The notes under the pieces: model-generated
Databases searched by the model: none
What the model saw: only the letters and a program-made list of their open reading frames with translations
What the model was told of the DNA's origin: nothing
Source of the DNA: Styela clava
Taxonomy: Eukaryota
Assembly (NCBI RefSeq): GCF_964204865.1
Contig: NC_135257.1
Coordinates: forward strand, 21,948,001-22,012,000
Length of the DNA: 64,000 bases
Direction: 5' to 3'
Shown: positions 1 through 14,432 of the stretch, one piece after another
Position numbering within the stretch: the stretch's first letter is position 1
Layout: each line of letters starts with the position of its first letter
Translations under genes and position numbers: made by a program

Positions 1-1826
1 TTATTAAGACCGCTACGAGAAATAATTTCACCGGTCTCACCTAATACCTAACCTGATAATAATAAAATTCAAGTTTATATCATATTTGTTGCCGATATGA
101 CGTCATATACTCGATGACGTCATACTATATAAGTAAATATTTAAGACAAACAGTATTGCTATGCAGGCCGACGTCTTTAAAATACAAATTTACACTAAAA
201 AAGGTAATCATTATTTTTAATGTTCCTCAAAATATATTCAAGAAATAAATCAAAATCTAAAAGGTTCGGAGTTGTGCTGTGAGTGTCTACTAAATTAAAA
301 ATGCAATAAATATTTATTATATTTAGAAAAAAATGATGTAAATGACTTATAGCATGAAAATTGATATTCACAAAACATTGGGCATTGCGAATTGACATTG
401 TATAGTGTGTATTCGCTACGAACGAGTCTCCATATAGTTGACGATCATTGATATGTAAGAGATAAATTATTCACTGCAACTGAAAACTAAACGTAACACA
501 TCGCGAGCATGGAAGTTTTAAAGTTGCCGGGCTAATCATATTCAAACAGTAAACATATTGCTTAAGGATTGCATTGGAAAGAATATCTGAAAGAATAAAA
601 GTCCGTTATGGGCAAAGGTATTTACGTTAGTATCTGCCTTCATTCAATGCTAATTTTGGATATCATATTTAGATGGATAGACAATAATTAAATACAGAAA
701 AATACATTTCCACAATTTTTCATAGTTTTCTCACTATAAGCTTCAATTTTTATACGTTTGCTAAAAGATTAAGTCGTATTAAAATTCCGTCTTATCGGCT
801 TTCATCTCCCCCACATGAAATATAAAAAAAACTTTTACACAGATACTGATGTTTGCATACTCCCGATAAAACTTTAAACCTCTGCAGCGCTATTTCCAGA
901 TTCCAGATATTGCATAACTTGCGAACATCAGATTGCTACATAAATCGTAGTTGCGCAACACAGCGCTTTACCAACTATAAGTTACAACTAGTAAAACAGC
1001 GATGCGAGAGAGAACTTATCGGCAGCTGTTTGCACTGTTCTGCTACTACCTCGTCAGCAAGCGATTACAAAATTGCGCAACCTCTTTCGAGAAATTTAAT
1101 CGAACGTTTTCTGTTGCCGCAGGCTTTCGTAAAAGTTTTTCGACACTCTGTAAAGCTAAAAACAATGCGTATCAGCTGATTTCGAGACATAGCAGTAGTT
1201 TTTATATTATATGACTAAAAAACGCTTGGAAATAGTATGTTTTCGGGCTTTTACTATAGTTTCTAACTTCATGATATAGATGTGTTCCTGCCGCTCGGTC
1301 AAATCGACACTTTTACTCTCTTTTTCATATGTTCCAGACGAGACGGACGGTGTTTCCCAATGATTTCTCTCGTTTTAAAAAATTGAATTTATGCTTCTTT
1401 GTCGACATCTAGCGGGCACGAAATTACATAAGTCCACTGAAAACCAGAGTCGATGGAGTCGAGGAAATTTACAATCGACATTGACTCAGGGTTGAAGAAA
1501 ACTTTAACTTCAACCCCACATCCAACTTAAACTCCCAGAGAAGCAAATTTAGAAAACCAAATATTTGGTGTATGCAAGTCTTCGTTAGTTGACTGCTACG
1601 AATGGTTGGTAAACCAAATGCTTACTTCTTTAAAAAAATTCGATTTCTTTTTATTATCGTTAGGTGTTGGCAGGGGCGTAGCGAGAAGTAACCGGAGTCC
1701 GAAAACGTGGGCTGTTAGGAGTCTTACGGGTCTAAAAAATGGTTCGAGTTACGAAAAATTGCTACGTGTGAATTAGATTTTTATTACATTTCAAAAGGGT
1801 GTCATGAATAATGCTTTTTACTGGCG

Positions 1827-3953
1827 CAGTGGTTCTCAAACTTTTTACCCGCACCCACTTTTTAGAATTTGTCTCGCGCCCCAAATCCAAAATAACTTGT
1901 TAACAATAAGCTACAAATAACAGATAGTAAGGCGAAAGTATGTTTTGTTCGAAAAACACGTTGAAAATACGTGAATAGAGCGTAAATAATGAAACAAATG
2001 CAAAGTTTCAAAAACAAACAAAAATCTGTTGTTTGGACTCTAAACTTTAGAGTCTAACTCTAACTAAACGATAAAGAATAGTAAATATCCAAAATAAGGC
2101 GGGCAACAATGAATCGAAAAAAAAAAAAATTTTATTGGTTTCACGCCCCCTCAAAATAGTGTCTACACTCTACACTAGTGGTTCTCAAACTTTTTTAGTC
2201 CCAGAGCCGCATTTCAAACCTCAAAGGTATGAAGAGCCGCACACAAACAACGCAAGGTAAAATAGCAAAAAACCTTTACCGCGTAATTAAAATACTAAGT
2301 CATCGTAACAACAACACACGTAACAACTAGGGCTGACCTGCGCCGCTCTGTTTGGACACCGAACTCGAGCGTCTCCAACTCAATCGTGAATTGTGCGAGA
2401 TTTCCCAACGGCGCTCGCTATCAGAAAAAAAAGGAAAATTTGAAAAGTTGTCTTTGCGTTATGGTGTTATATGCTTATTTTTGCACTTAACGTATCCTTT
2501 CAATTCATCATTTTGCAAAAAAAAAACGTACCGACCGTTCCGTAAATTTAGAAACGTCAAACCAGATTAGGTATTTAAAATAAATTTCCCAGATTTAAAC
2601 TCGGCATGCTTGGTGACATGTCATTAGCCATTTCTTGCATTACCGAACATAAAGTTGCTTAAAATTAAATGTTAAAATGACTTCTCGGCGTTTCATTGTG
2701 AAAAAGGCGATTTTAGGTCGTTAAAACACTCTAGTTATGTAAATAGCATGAATTTAAAAATGACCAAAAGTTTTCCCAAAAACTGGTATAAGTTACTTGT
2801 ATGGAAAACACTCATTAAGTTGTAACCAGATGAGAAATGTCATGTCCTACTCCCTTTAAAGCACTTTGTATTAGCTCTTTAGTGATCCCTTCCATCCTTT
2901 GCCAAGTAATGTTTCGAATATGTAAACATTTTACTCGACCCCGCATGGCCGTTGAGCCAAGAGTAGAACATAAAATCAATCGTGAATTTCGTTGTAACAA
3001 TGCACACTGACTCGTTCACGAATTGTTGCGTCTATTATCATCGAAAATGATTACAATTGTTAAATTCAGTCCTTAAATGTATTCAACAGCTGTCGCTGAT
3101 GTGAACGCAAGGGTATACTAGAAATATGAAATTTCGATATTCGGCGACCGCTTATTCTTGCAAAAACGAGAAAGGGCGGAAATATAGAATACCAACTTCA
3201 GGATATCGCCGCCAAAACGATCGCGGTGACAAAGATAATCAGAAATTATGATAAAATTAACCATTAAAAAACGCTTTATTGCCGACTTTCTAATGTTTCT
3301 ATTGATTTCCAAATGGAGTATCGACCTCCGACGTTCTGGATCCCTGTTATGTATAAAAAAAAACATTCAAATTATCCGATTCGAGAAAAGATTCAATTTT
3401 GCCCACCCTACCCTAACAGGCTTTGATTTCTAATAAGTTTGTCAAAGCGGGTCGTAATCGTTGAGGATGCAAGCTGCAGTAGCTGCTTGAGATGATCGCC
3501 AGATTTTTCGGGACTATTTTCGATTACTGGAACAAAATTAAAATGCTATAGAAATTAAAATAATCATCGAGTTATTTGATTTATACATAAGATCTGAAAA
3601 TGCGACAAAAACTGAAAATCCACGAAAGCAAGCCAATGATAACCGCCATGTCTAAAATCTTTCCAAGTGAAAAGTGTCCGATTGGCCGCGAAAACGCTCA
3701 CTGTCGCGTCACTATTGCATCTTATAGGTTAGTCAACGCTACGCAAATAAACACGGGGGAATCCATTCGACTAACTAATAGACTTCAGCATTTTAATTTC
3801 GAGTCAATGATTAGTTTTCAATGAAAAAATTTCTTTGAAAATAATTAATTTTTAAAACATTAACGGGAGCCGCAGGAAAGGTTGTTGAGAGCCGCATGCG
3901 GCTCTCAAACCCTAGTTTGAGAATCACTGCTCTACACTGTTTGAGAGCCACTG
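1827..3953. mobile_element. Nested hAT(Charlie-like) non-autonomous elements: outer 1827-3953, inner 2176-3929
   Basis: Outer TIRs CAGTGGTTCTCAAAC / GTTTGAGAGCCACTG. Inner TIRs TAGTGGTTCTCAAAC / GTTTGAGAATCACTG, flanked by a perfect 8-bp TSD CTCTACAC (2168-2175, 3930-3937). Confidence 0.85.
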
Positions 3954-4217
3954 CACTAGGGAAAAACTAAAATTGTCGATAGTTCAAAAATAAGACTCCA
4001 GCGAAAACGTGCCGAACTCCGACTCAGCCTGACTGTTCTAATCACCACGAGTGAACTGTTGAAAGTATTTACCTAACATTTCAAATGCTACAATGATATC
4101 AAAATAAAATTCATGCAATTGCTTCTACCTCATACTGGTACCGGCTATTATTGGCTGCACAACAGCAAGATAGTACAGGCAGTCTTACTTCTTCGCCTAA
4201 ACTCCGAGAGAACCATA

Positions 4218-4420
4218 CAGGGTGGCCCAAAATTAGGTATACAGTTATTAAACTATTTTATATGCTTGCAGTTCACTTTATGTTACTTGTTAAGTACCAC
4301 AAAAATTGCTTATTTTTTTAGATAATAAATCTAGTGTGAATTTTACATTAGTTTTCTAGCTGCTTGGAGGGTAAAAAAAAGTAAATAAAATAACTGTATA
4401 CCTACTTTTGGGCCACCCTG
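4218..4420. mobile_element. Tc1/mariner-type MITE
   Basis: ~27-bp TIRs CAGGGTGGCCCAAAA(T/G)TAGGTATACAG with TA on both sides. Confidence 0.85.
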
Positions 4421-4592
4421 TATTGTTCGTTTTGCGCAAGGCAACTAATGATAATGCAAGCAGTCTTGTCGTCTTTGCCCTACCTTGAGATCAATCATAC
4501 ATCATATCGGTGATATAGTTGGTTTTGCGCACCGGTATTGCGTTTACAAACAGTACAGCACAAAATTAGCTAATCCTGAATTCATATATTTA

Positions 4593-4703
4593 GGTGCTCC
4601 AGAAGTATGCGCACCAAGATGTCGCACAACCTGAATCCTAACCGGTACACACATACTATGTTCAGGTTGTGCGCCATCTTGGTGCGCATACTTATGGAGG
4701 TCC
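4593..4703. mobile_element. Short palindromic MITE (GGTGCTCCAGAAGTATGCGCACCAAGATG family); further copies ~9498-9607, ~13856-13968, ~57193-57292
   Basis: Near-perfect foldback of ~110 bp; the same termini recur at several loci in the window. Confidence 0.75.
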
Positions 4704-4852
4704 ATACCGACACGTATGAAAAAATTGAATGGTAAACTGTTCCTATACAAGATCTGGACTGGAAACCGGGCAAGATACCGCGTTTCGCCATTTAAATCCC
4801 TGCAGGCCCTTCTTCAGGGAAAAACTAGCTAAACTTATGTCGTGCACTAGGG

Positions 4853-5188
4853 CAGGGCTACTCAACTATTCTCACCAAAGGTCCGTTTACGAAACTTCAA
4901 AATTACTGGGGTCCGGACATTACAGAAAATTTATTTCATCAAATAAACGAAACTTCAAATGCAATAATAAATCAAATACAAGAGCAATGAATGGCTCGCA
5001 AATATGGACACAAATGTCGCACATCGGTACCAGTACGACAAACTGTATAGCTGTGTATATAAATTGTATCAAAATAATCTAAAACTAAAACGATGCTTAT
5101 GCTGCCAAAATAACCAAGCAGACGCGGTCCAAATTAAATGGTCGAAAGGTCCGAATTCCGACCGCGGTCCGCCAGTTGAGTAGCTCTG
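4853..5188. mobile_element. hAT-type MITE
   Basis: TIRs CAGGGCTACTCAACT / AGTTGAGTAGCTCTG with subterminal GGTCC motifs; TSD degenerate. Confidence 0.7.
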
Positions 5189-5493
5189 TACTGGTATATT
5201 GTGTACTGAACTGCACCCTTTCTCCTTGTTTACTTTCTTATGTAGGTACTGAAATCAACTTTTCATACAGGTACATTGATAACTAACCATAGCCTTCAAG
5301 TCCATACAATTTCGGTAAGACAGTACTACTTATACTCCAAATGTATTTCTTTGGTACCCAAGTGCCGGTACAACCCTGTTATCGTCTCATCAATAATTTC
5401 CCGCTCTATTAAACTACGTTCATCTTAACTCAGGATGGTATGAGTTCGAAGATGAGGCAATGATATAACTTATCCCACTCCTCAACCGCAACC

Positions 5494-5835
5494 AGAGGGC
5501 ATCAGAACATCTGGCTTTCACACCCTAGGAAATACGGTCGGGTCGACGATATTGTTGCTAATTTTTCAATGTTATTTACTGTACAATCTGCAGCAAATAC
5601 CTATTGTTTTAGCTACAGAAAAGACGCATGATTTACTCTCTTGGTACCGTACCTTGAGGCAAAATGAGCGGTTAGCATTTGTCCAATCGTGTCAAAACGA
5701 CCCCGATTGGTTCATTTTGCGGCCAAAATACCAAGTCTATCATCTGTAACTGGCACACTCAGAAAAGTGATTGACCACCGCTGCATTGGAAAGTATGGTT
5801 TGAACATTTCTCGCCAGTGCTTTCGTGAATATGAC
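5494..5835 (+). pseudogene. RPS29: 40S ribosomal protein S29 (uS14) pseudogene in two degenerate pieces
   Basis: 5497-5540 reads GHQNIWLSHPRKYGR (cf. MGHQQLYWSHPRKFGQGSR) with the ATG lost. 5773-5835 reads DHRCIGKYGLNISRQCFREY (cf. HGLIRKYGLNMCRQCFRQY), with a zinc-ligand Cys mutated. Confidence 0.75.
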
Positions 5836-7656
5836 CTAAATGATCAGAAAAATGGCAGTGGAGCAATAACAATATAGTAGCAAATTAATACCTTGCTTAC
5901 CATTTTGTCCCCTAGAGTTGGTCCACCCTGCTTTTACTACAGTAGAAAGAAACCTAACGGGAGAACCGATAGAGTGAAAAAAAAAACAGTATTGACATGA
6001 GCTTATTGGGGTTTGATCATTCCCTCACTCGAGACCTCATTATCCTGACCTGTTTATTCTTGGTTAAAAGGGGAGACAATTAACTAACAGAATTATAGAA
6101 AACAGATCTCATTATTAGCGCAATGACACCAACTTTGAATAGCACCAAAGCAGACTGAATCCGCCGTCCAAAGTTCAATAAAATTAATAAATTTTGTCGG
6201 TACCTACCTCATACCAATCCACAAATAGAAGTATGACTCAAAACTGAAATTGGTAGTTCCTATCAACTTGTACTGGAAAGATCAATACTAGGTCAAGCTC
6301 AAAATAATTTGAATAACGCAATAAATTGACGACTGTCTGTCTTGGGAGCAACAGCTTTTTATTGAAATTACACTTGCCACATTTCTAAATGCTATGAAAT
6401 ATAAATTAAAATTTCGTTTTTAAATAGTTTGTTTATAGTTATTTAATTATAAAATTGTATCATACAGCTTTAATATTTTTTTATTTCTGTAAAATAGTAT
6501 TATGGAAATCAAAATTAGGGGTAATTTCATCGAACTTTTGATTTGAAAAAGTAAATAAATATGGCAACATAAACCTTTATTTTCGTTTCTCGCAGTTTAA
6601 CGTTGTGGTGTCATAATGATAAAAGTGACATCAAAATAGGTCTGGTAATGACGATTTTCGCTAGGCTAGTACTAAATTAAGCTTTTCCAGTCAAAATTGT
6701 CAACCATTCCACATATGAAACATTTAAATTGAATGGCTTTTACACATACCGGATGAAATTTAACTCGAATAGTATTAACCATGAGCAGTATGACCCCAAT
6801 GGCGTCGGAAACATGCAGGATTGCTTCCTATTTCTAAATTTAGGCCATTCGCTAACTCATGACCATTCAGAAACTTTCGCGCTGATTTTGTGAATGAGCA
6901 GTTTAATTTATGAATGGAGACGAACGTGTGAAAGTATAAAAGTAACCGAAATAGAATAGTAAAACACTGAATTCACCCTGTACGAATTACAGCTCTATTT
7001 TTGCATATTGCATGTGATTACTATGCAATTCAAGAGACCTGCCACACACTAGCGCAAATGTATAACACACCTTAGTAGACAGCAGTTCACAACAATCCAC
7101 TTCTCGCTTGCAAGGACCTATTCCTAAACAAAATTAGGCTATAGGAATATTTAGGCAAATCATATTGTAAAATCCCAACGACTGAGGGCGTCAATTTCCA
7201 CTTGTCAGTAAAATTATTCAAAATTTATCGAATCCGGGAACCGAAACTTTCCAAGGGAACGTGAAGGTCCAATCGACAAGACACTATTTCACCGAGAATG
7301 GGAAGTCTGTAGGTACTTTTGCTGTCAGGGCTGGCCTATACGAGACAAATTGCGTGGGGCCCAGTCACAGTATGAATAAGGTTATCTGAAAAGATCTTTT
7401 GTACAAAGCCCCGCCAAAGAAAATAAATGAAAAATAAGAAAATTAGTAATTACCCAGTTAGGGTTAGGTTTGCAGATTGCGATGTAAATTCAAATCATTC
7501 TGAACCCTAACCAAACCAACTGGATAATTACTAATTTGTTATTTTAGAACGTGACGTTTTTTTTTCTTCACAAATCTCACATTTTGCATTTAGCGACGGG
7601 GTATTTGTATGGAAGATTCACTGAAAATTAAGGTTTTTAATAGGAAATCAAATCAT

Positions 7657-8545
7657 CAGGGGTGTGGAAAGTGCGGCCCGCGGGCCAAATACATTCCGCA
7701 AGAGAAAATTGTACTGCCCGCGGAAGGAGTTTTTAATTTAGTTTTTATCTGCTACCTTTGAGCAATTCCAACCCATTTGCGTTGCAAAGCTTATATCCGA
7801 GTCTAATTTATTATAAAACCTATGACGTTACATTGTCCGCGAAGCGAACAACGTGATTCACAATGCTGATACTTGCTGAGTAGCGAGCAATTTAAGAAAG
7901 TGCGGAGCAGACGCTAATAAATTAGTAATTACGGGCAATAGGAGTTTAGGCAATTGGAAAGCAGTTTAAAAAAATTAATAGTAAGAGATACAGAAGATGA
8001 ATGAGTTTTGGTTCCAGCCTATCAGTTGACTTTGTCTAAATCTAGTCTAGAATAAGATTTGACAGCAAATTATTTGGAAATGAATCCTGGCGATTTTTAC
8101 CGAAAACATCTCAGCCAAGATAACTTTCCACATTTGAAAAAAGTCATGGCTTCAAATATGGCACTTTTTGGCTCAACAACTTCACACGCACAATTTTTTT
8201 CTAAATTGGGCGTCATAAAATCAGACGAACCTTGGAAAATGGTTAGTGAATTGCTAGCACTTCCAAGCAAATTTGGATAAAAGTAGTCGGAAAAACTTTT
8301 TCTCACTGAATTCGTTTAAATTTGGCGTGACAAAAAATTTGAATAACAGTTTTTAGAAATTTATGCGTTTTAAAACTCATCATTTATGCAATGACTCCTA
8401 ATAATGCCATAAAATAAATAAAAAAGACACTATTTTGTGCCTGCAACTATTAGAAAGCCTACGGTATGTTAAATGAAGGTGCGGCCAGCAGTTTTACCCA
8501 GGTATTGATATCTGGACCGTCCGTGATAAAGGTTGCACACCCCTG
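7657..8545 (+). mobile_element. Internally deleted hAT (Charlie/GTF2IRD2-like) transposon
   Basis: TIRs CAGGGGTGTGGAAA / GGTTGCACACCCCTG. ORF 8059-8280 carries a decayed transposase C-terminus (FPHLKK...LFGSTTSHAQFFSKLGVIKS, cf. FGSTYxCEQxFSxMxxxKS). Confidence 0.75.
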
Positions 8546-8821
8546 CTAACCCATTATGAAATCACAATCAAAGTAGCATTACGAGTCATGCGCCTACAGA
8601 ATATTTAAGATGCCAATCGCGGCTACACAGTCGCATTGTCCGACCTATTTGCTGGTGGTGTTGCAGTCGGGAATTTAGTATTGCATGTAATATATCCACC
8701 CAATACAAGACTTTGAGAACATGATTTTTCATTGTTTTCTGAGATCTAAACCTACCTGGTTGCCACCATTCATTCGTAGACTGTTTTTATACAAGTTTAC
8801 TCAAAGCAATGTTTCGAATCC

Positions 8822-9094
8822 GGATCTTTTGTACAAAGCCTCACCACTAATGCAAAAATGTGGGATTTGAGCAAAACACCCCATCGTTACCCCCCCCCCC
8901 CCCCTCATCGTTTTGAAATAACTAAAACTTAGAAAATTATTTAGTTGGTTTGGGGTTATGGTTAGGAATAATTGACAAATTTAACTTTCCACCTCAATCT
9001 GCATTCATAACACTAACTGTATAATTACAATTTTTTTTCATTTTGAGCGCTGGCGAGGTTTTTTTTATGGCGAGGGCTTTCTATAAAAGATCCT
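8822..9094. mobile_element. Palindromic MITE (GGATCTTTTGTACAAAGCC family; second copy ~7392-7618)
   Basis: Inverted termini GATCTTTTGTACAAAGCC / GGCTTTCTATAAAAGATCC; internal GGTTAGG motifs; two copies. Confidence 0.6.
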
Positions 9095-9954
9095 CGATTC
9101 CCCGCCAAAAATCTTGAAGAGCACAGGTGCACAATGAAACGCAAAAGGAGACATTCATCCAGTGGCGTATCTACGTTACATGGCGCCCATGGCAAAGTTA
9201 AAAAATGCACCCCGTGATAGTTGGTTTACGATTTATAATGACTGTTATCGAAATGCTATACCTGTACGATATTATTTAAGTAAAAATGCGAGTTTCAGTT
9301 GTCTCAAATTTGAAATTATTCTATTGAAACATATTGCGATTAAAACTTTTCGCCGTTTTCGCGCCCCTGGCACGAGTCATGGCTGCCACACCCCCGATAC
9401 GCCGCCGCATTCATCATCTGTTGTTGTTGCTCAATACCACGTGACCTAGGACTTGTCGGATAATGAACTTCTCAGCAAACTTATAGGGAAATTGTTTGGT
9501 GCTCCTGAAGTATGCGCACCAAGATGTCGCACATCCTGAACGCTAACCTGGTACACAACCTGAGTTCAGGTTGTGCGCCATCTTGGTGCGCATACTTCAG
9601 GAGGTCCGATTGCTTTGCATTGTCCAAGGCAAGCGGTGACATTTCCTTCCATTGAATAATACCACTCTATCAGACAGATTACGGGCCTGCGATTCCCCAA
9701 CCTGTCGCGAGTTTCGGTTCCTTCAGCCATACTTGAAATGTTGGCACCTAACATTGAATAATTTAAAAAGTTCGCAATTTACAGTTTTAAAAATAAATGG
9801 AAGTCACAAAGGGCTTTGGATGAAGGAACATACCCATTGGCGGTTACAGTTTCCTGGTATTATGTTGCCTTTTGTGTTCACGTGATCCCTTAAGAGTCAA
9901 AGGTCACACACTTGACAAGTTTGCGGTAGAATCATATGAGTTTGAGGTTATATA

Positions 9955-10968
9955 TAGGGTGACCATTCGTCAGGTTTTTCCCGGATATGTCCTGAATTTT
10001 AGTGGTCAAATTTGTGTCACGGAGATATATTAAAAAGTGCTTAAATGTCAGGGATTTTTGAATACAGTGCATCCCTGCTGCAAATACATATGTTTTCATA
10101 TATTGCGATTCCGCAAAATCGATTTTTTCAGAGATATGTCGTATATAAAGGCTTTGTTGTGCAACACGGATTGTGTCGCATTCAGATGATTGTGATGTCA
10201 CATATGATCTAAATTGTCAGCATTTTGTAATCGGTATTGTCGGTCGCTTTACTCCGTTACTTTGTGCGAGCAATTTTCATAAACGTATTGTTCACAGAAC
10301 CACTTAGTTTAGTAACATGCAACAAGTTTGCTCCTTTCGTTTTGTTCTGTATTCATTCTATTCTCACAAAAAAGCGGCGTCAGCTCGTGTTTTTGGATTT
10401 ATTGCGAATTAATACTATAATCTAAGTCAGGGTCGTCCAACCCTCTTGGCCGAAGGGCCACATGTAGCTTACTAATAATTGCGCGGGCCACCTAACATGG
10501 CATTATGTTCTAGTTTTGCTACACTGACAACAGGTTATTAAAAAAACAAACAATACCCGCACACCAAACTTTCACAAATATTATACCAATAAAACTGTTT
10601 TTTTTCCAACCATTGATGGGGCGCCATCAGTAGTTATTTCCGAAAGTTTCGCCAGAGACAAGTTTCCGCTATAAAGTTTCCCAAGCTCTTCAACACGACG
10701 AGTTATGGTCTGTCTTGACAGGCTAGTTTTGCAAACTCGTTTGTATCACATCTTTATATACTACATCACTCGAAAAATAGTTCTCTCCAATTTTTTTACT
10801 CAATTCTGAAAAATACAGCGCGGGCCACTCAAAATGCTTCCGCGGGCCACGAGTTGGACGACCCTGTTTTAAGTGTTTTGGTTGCAAAATTGGTCAACGT
10901 GGCATATTATAATTTTGTCAGGAATTTTGTCTTTTAAGTCTAAGATATATATTTACTTGGTAACCCTA
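9955..10968. mobile_element. TAGGGTGACCA-type element with nested hAT deletion derivative (10428-10866)
   Basis: Outer TIRs TAGGGTGACCA / TGGTAACCCTA. Inner TIRs CAGGGTCGTCCAAC / GTTGGACGACCCTG with near-TSD ATCTAAGT/TTTTAAGT. Inner minus strand (~10605-10661) encodes LSLAKLSEITTDGAPSMVG, the Charlie-type transposase catalytic-Asp motif. Confidence 0.75.
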
Positions 10969-13413
10969 GTTCCATACCAGTGTACTATTGAAATGGCTGA
11001 ACTTTCCCCCATGTTGGATAAACGCAAGATCACGCTCACACACTCTGAAATGATGTAAAATCACCTACGAGAAAGATACCAACTGATATTCCAATAACGA
11101 CTTAAACTAGATAGAATTATGGTTATTTCATAGCATTTATGAGCATTTCGCACCAGTTAATCACGATTGACTTCAAGAAAGGGTGTGTGACATTTTTTAT
11201 CGGCCATATCACCAACTTCAGACACCTAGCTGGGACATTAGCAATAGCCAGAGCGCCGCTGAAAAGAATGCGGCTATCGCTTAGCCTTACAGATATAAAA
11301 ACACCGGACACGACGAAAGGCAGCGACAAGAGCAAAAAAACATTATGTATTTTTACCCATGCGAGCGCCTTTTTAGGCATAAACTGTCGGATAGAATTTT
11401 TTACTGAATGGAGAAAAAACCTGAGTGTTGACGAGGGCCACACTGAATGACTTGGTAGACCGAGTTGTGGCCCGCGGGCACACCCCTGACCTAAAGTATT
11501 CCAAGTCAATACACTCTGTAGACATATTTTTTAATATATTAGATTTTTATATGAGAAAATTATATTTAGAATATGTTCGGAATAGTGGAATATTAGGCCT
11601 TGGACATCCTTGTTACAATCCTCTTATTAGTACCTCAACTGCTCTAGTTGACGGAACGTGGTGTGTATGTTCTGGGTTAGGATAGATATAAAACTTTAGG
11701 CGAAAGGTTAGGGTAAGCAAATGAATGAAGTGGGATTCATTGTAAATTCGGTATTCAAGCAAAAACACATATCGATACAATCTCACCATTGTCAAATGGA
11801 AACAATCAATTATGTTTTCACAAAGTAAATGATTGTTCGCAAATAATTGTAAATCCCTAACAATAAAACGTCGCGACTCATGACAAATAAACCATTATTT
11901 TGCGATAATATAAAGTCATTTTAAAGAGCTTTTCCCGCCAAAAGTTCAAAGAATATAATGTGGTAGTCATATTCAAATATTTGCAAACCATCATCAGGCG
12001 AGCAATTTACTCTTTCATATATTCAAAAATATTGTTAAAAAAGCAAAGTATTAACTGGCATTTAAAAGTAATTACAAGTTTTTTGACAAACGCCATCAAC
12101 TGACATATATAAATCTTTTCACGGTTTTTGCACGTTTTTGTTACGATTTTTCAGTGTTTTTCCACGTTTTTGGTGGTGTTTGACGATTTTTACACATTTT
12201 TGCAAGGTTTTTTAACGTTTTTGCATTTGTATCTTAGCCAGACGCACGTATGGCGTACAGTTCATTAGTTTTTAGACATGACGTGGACCTAAGGATCGTT
12301 TTGTTGTTAAATTATTGCTAGTATTCTTTTTCTTGATGTTGTGGAAAAAATTGATTATCTCTTCAACTACTGGATCAATTGCTTTGATATTCAGAAGTTG
12401 GAGATTGTATTTTTCGCTGGAAGGCCATTACTTTTATTTATTTTAAAAATTATGTTGACTGCACGGAATCCGTTTTCTCTTCTAAGTAGTTTTGTGTGAT
12501 GGCGTCCTCAAAGTTAAACTGCGCACTGTGTGGCCGTTCCGCGATCGCGGAATAGCTTTCTCCTCACGATGTTACTACCACCGAAGATTTAAAAATGAAA
12601 AATTGAGATGGAATGTTTGCTTTAACGTCCAGACAGTCTGTCTGGCGCCGTGTTATTTCGAATTCCATGGTTTTCGAAAGTTTGCATATAAGTTATAGGT
12701 GTTTGCCTTAGTAAGTACGTGGCAGGATTGAACAAAAAAGTGTAAATATCTTTAATAGTTCCGATTAGTAATGTGTGTTTGCTTTAAAGCGTTTCTTGAA
12801 AAGAACATTTAGTGCGACTTGGTAAAATATTCGTATTTTTGCTCCGAACTAAGCAATGAACAAGCTGTTAATAAGAATGAGCTCGCGCTAGTCGGAGGTG
12901 GGCAAATCACGGCCCGCGGGCCCGATCCGACCCGCCGGAGTGTTTCATTCGACTCACATGTGCCTGATGAAATTACGACTATAGTTTTCATAGATATAAA
13001 TTTCTGTTGAAAATATCAATGAAAATAACGTCATAATGACCCCGATTGTTACATTGCGCTTATTATTATTATTATTATTATTATATGAACGTTAGCCAGC
13101 TGTTAGACTAGCTTTATAAATAAACTGTTTTTTATTCATAGTTTCCATATTGAGTTTTAAGCCTCCGGCCCAGTAACCAAGTCTATTACCTGTAACTGGC
13201 CTATTCAGTGAATTAATTGTCCAACCCTGTCCTAGTTACTATGCGTGGGTGCATGAGTTCGAATCCCATACAGATAGTTACATAGCAGAGCTGTGGTTTA
13301 ACCAAACGCTTGTCCGTCATGATTTTCATCACATTAAGCTGAAGTGTATGAAACGAACTACATATTTCCTAGCCGGGATGGGATTTCTCACAAATGAGGA
13401 ATTTAGCGTTATC

Positions 13414-13782
13414 CCGCGTTTCCCCCAAAATAAGACCTAGACTGAATTTTAAAAATAATTCTAATATAAGCCCTCACCTTAAAATAAGACTTAATCAATA
13501 TCGCAATTTTTTTGAATCAGTCGATAGCAAGAAATCGTTCCTATTCATTTTGATTAATTAATCATCTATGTTTAGCAGTTATTTTAAATTAAAACGTGTT
13601 ATTTATGGATAGCAAGTAAATGGATATCGGTTTTTATATTTTGTATTTTCGAAAATCTCGTAATTTTCTACTGTCATTTTGTTTTTGATAAATTAAAATA
13701 AAAAACACCACCCTAAAATAAGCCCTAGTGTTATTTTTCAAGAGAAAATTGAAATAAGACACTTATCTTCGGGGAAACACGG
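13414..13782. mobile_element. pogo/Tc2-like MITE
   Basis: TIRs CCGCGTTTCCCCCAAAATAAG / CTTATCTTCGGGGAAACACGG followed by TA; internal AAAATAAG repeats. Confidence 0.7.
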
Positions 13783-14068
13783 TATATGCTGTAGTATTAA
13801 TAATATTCTTTAGTTATTTATCATCACTATAATACTAAACATCCAGCATTATAAACGGCGCTCTGGAAGTATTCGTACCAAGATGACGCACAACCTGAAC
13901 ATCCCTGTCCTGGTACACATAGTATGTTCAGGTTGTGCGCCATCTTGGTACGAATACTTCGGGAGCACCTTATAAACTACTTGAACTGTACGAAAGCTGG
14001 AGAGTGACTTGCGCGTAAGAATGCCTAAGACACCATTGAAAATTTAAAAAAATAAATTAGTTTTTTTT

Positions 14069-14302
14069 GGGACTCCTGTAGTATGCGAACTAAGATGGCG
14101 GACACCGGAACGTAGTATGTGTACCAGGTTAGGGTTTGACCATAATTTTATTCTAATTTACCTTTTTTAGTTCTATTACGAAGTCGTGGACTAGCCAAGT
14201 GACTTTCGTAGTATTTATACTTGAAATTATGGCCAAACTCTAACCTGGTACACATACTACGTTCCGGTGTCCGCCATTTTGGTTGGCATACTACCGGTGT
14301 AC
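14069..14302. mobile_element. ~235-bp palindromic MITE family with AAGATGGCGG termini and TAACCCTAAC motifs; copies also ~15172-15405, ~32480-32718, 48466-48701, ~55934-56169
   Basis: Long inverted termini (GG.GCTCC.GAAGTATG.GAACCAAGATGGCGGAC...GTACCAGGTTAGGGTTAGGCCATAATTT) and a shared AT-rich core in five copies. Confidence 0.85.
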
Positions 14303-14432
14303 CGTTTTTTTGCATAATGCAGTAGAAATTTAACGGAAAAGGTTGGAAACCATTGTAATAATATACCCGACATGGGCTGGTATGGATCATAAATGAATAT
14401 CTATTTAAGAACTCGAGTTGCATGACCTAGTC

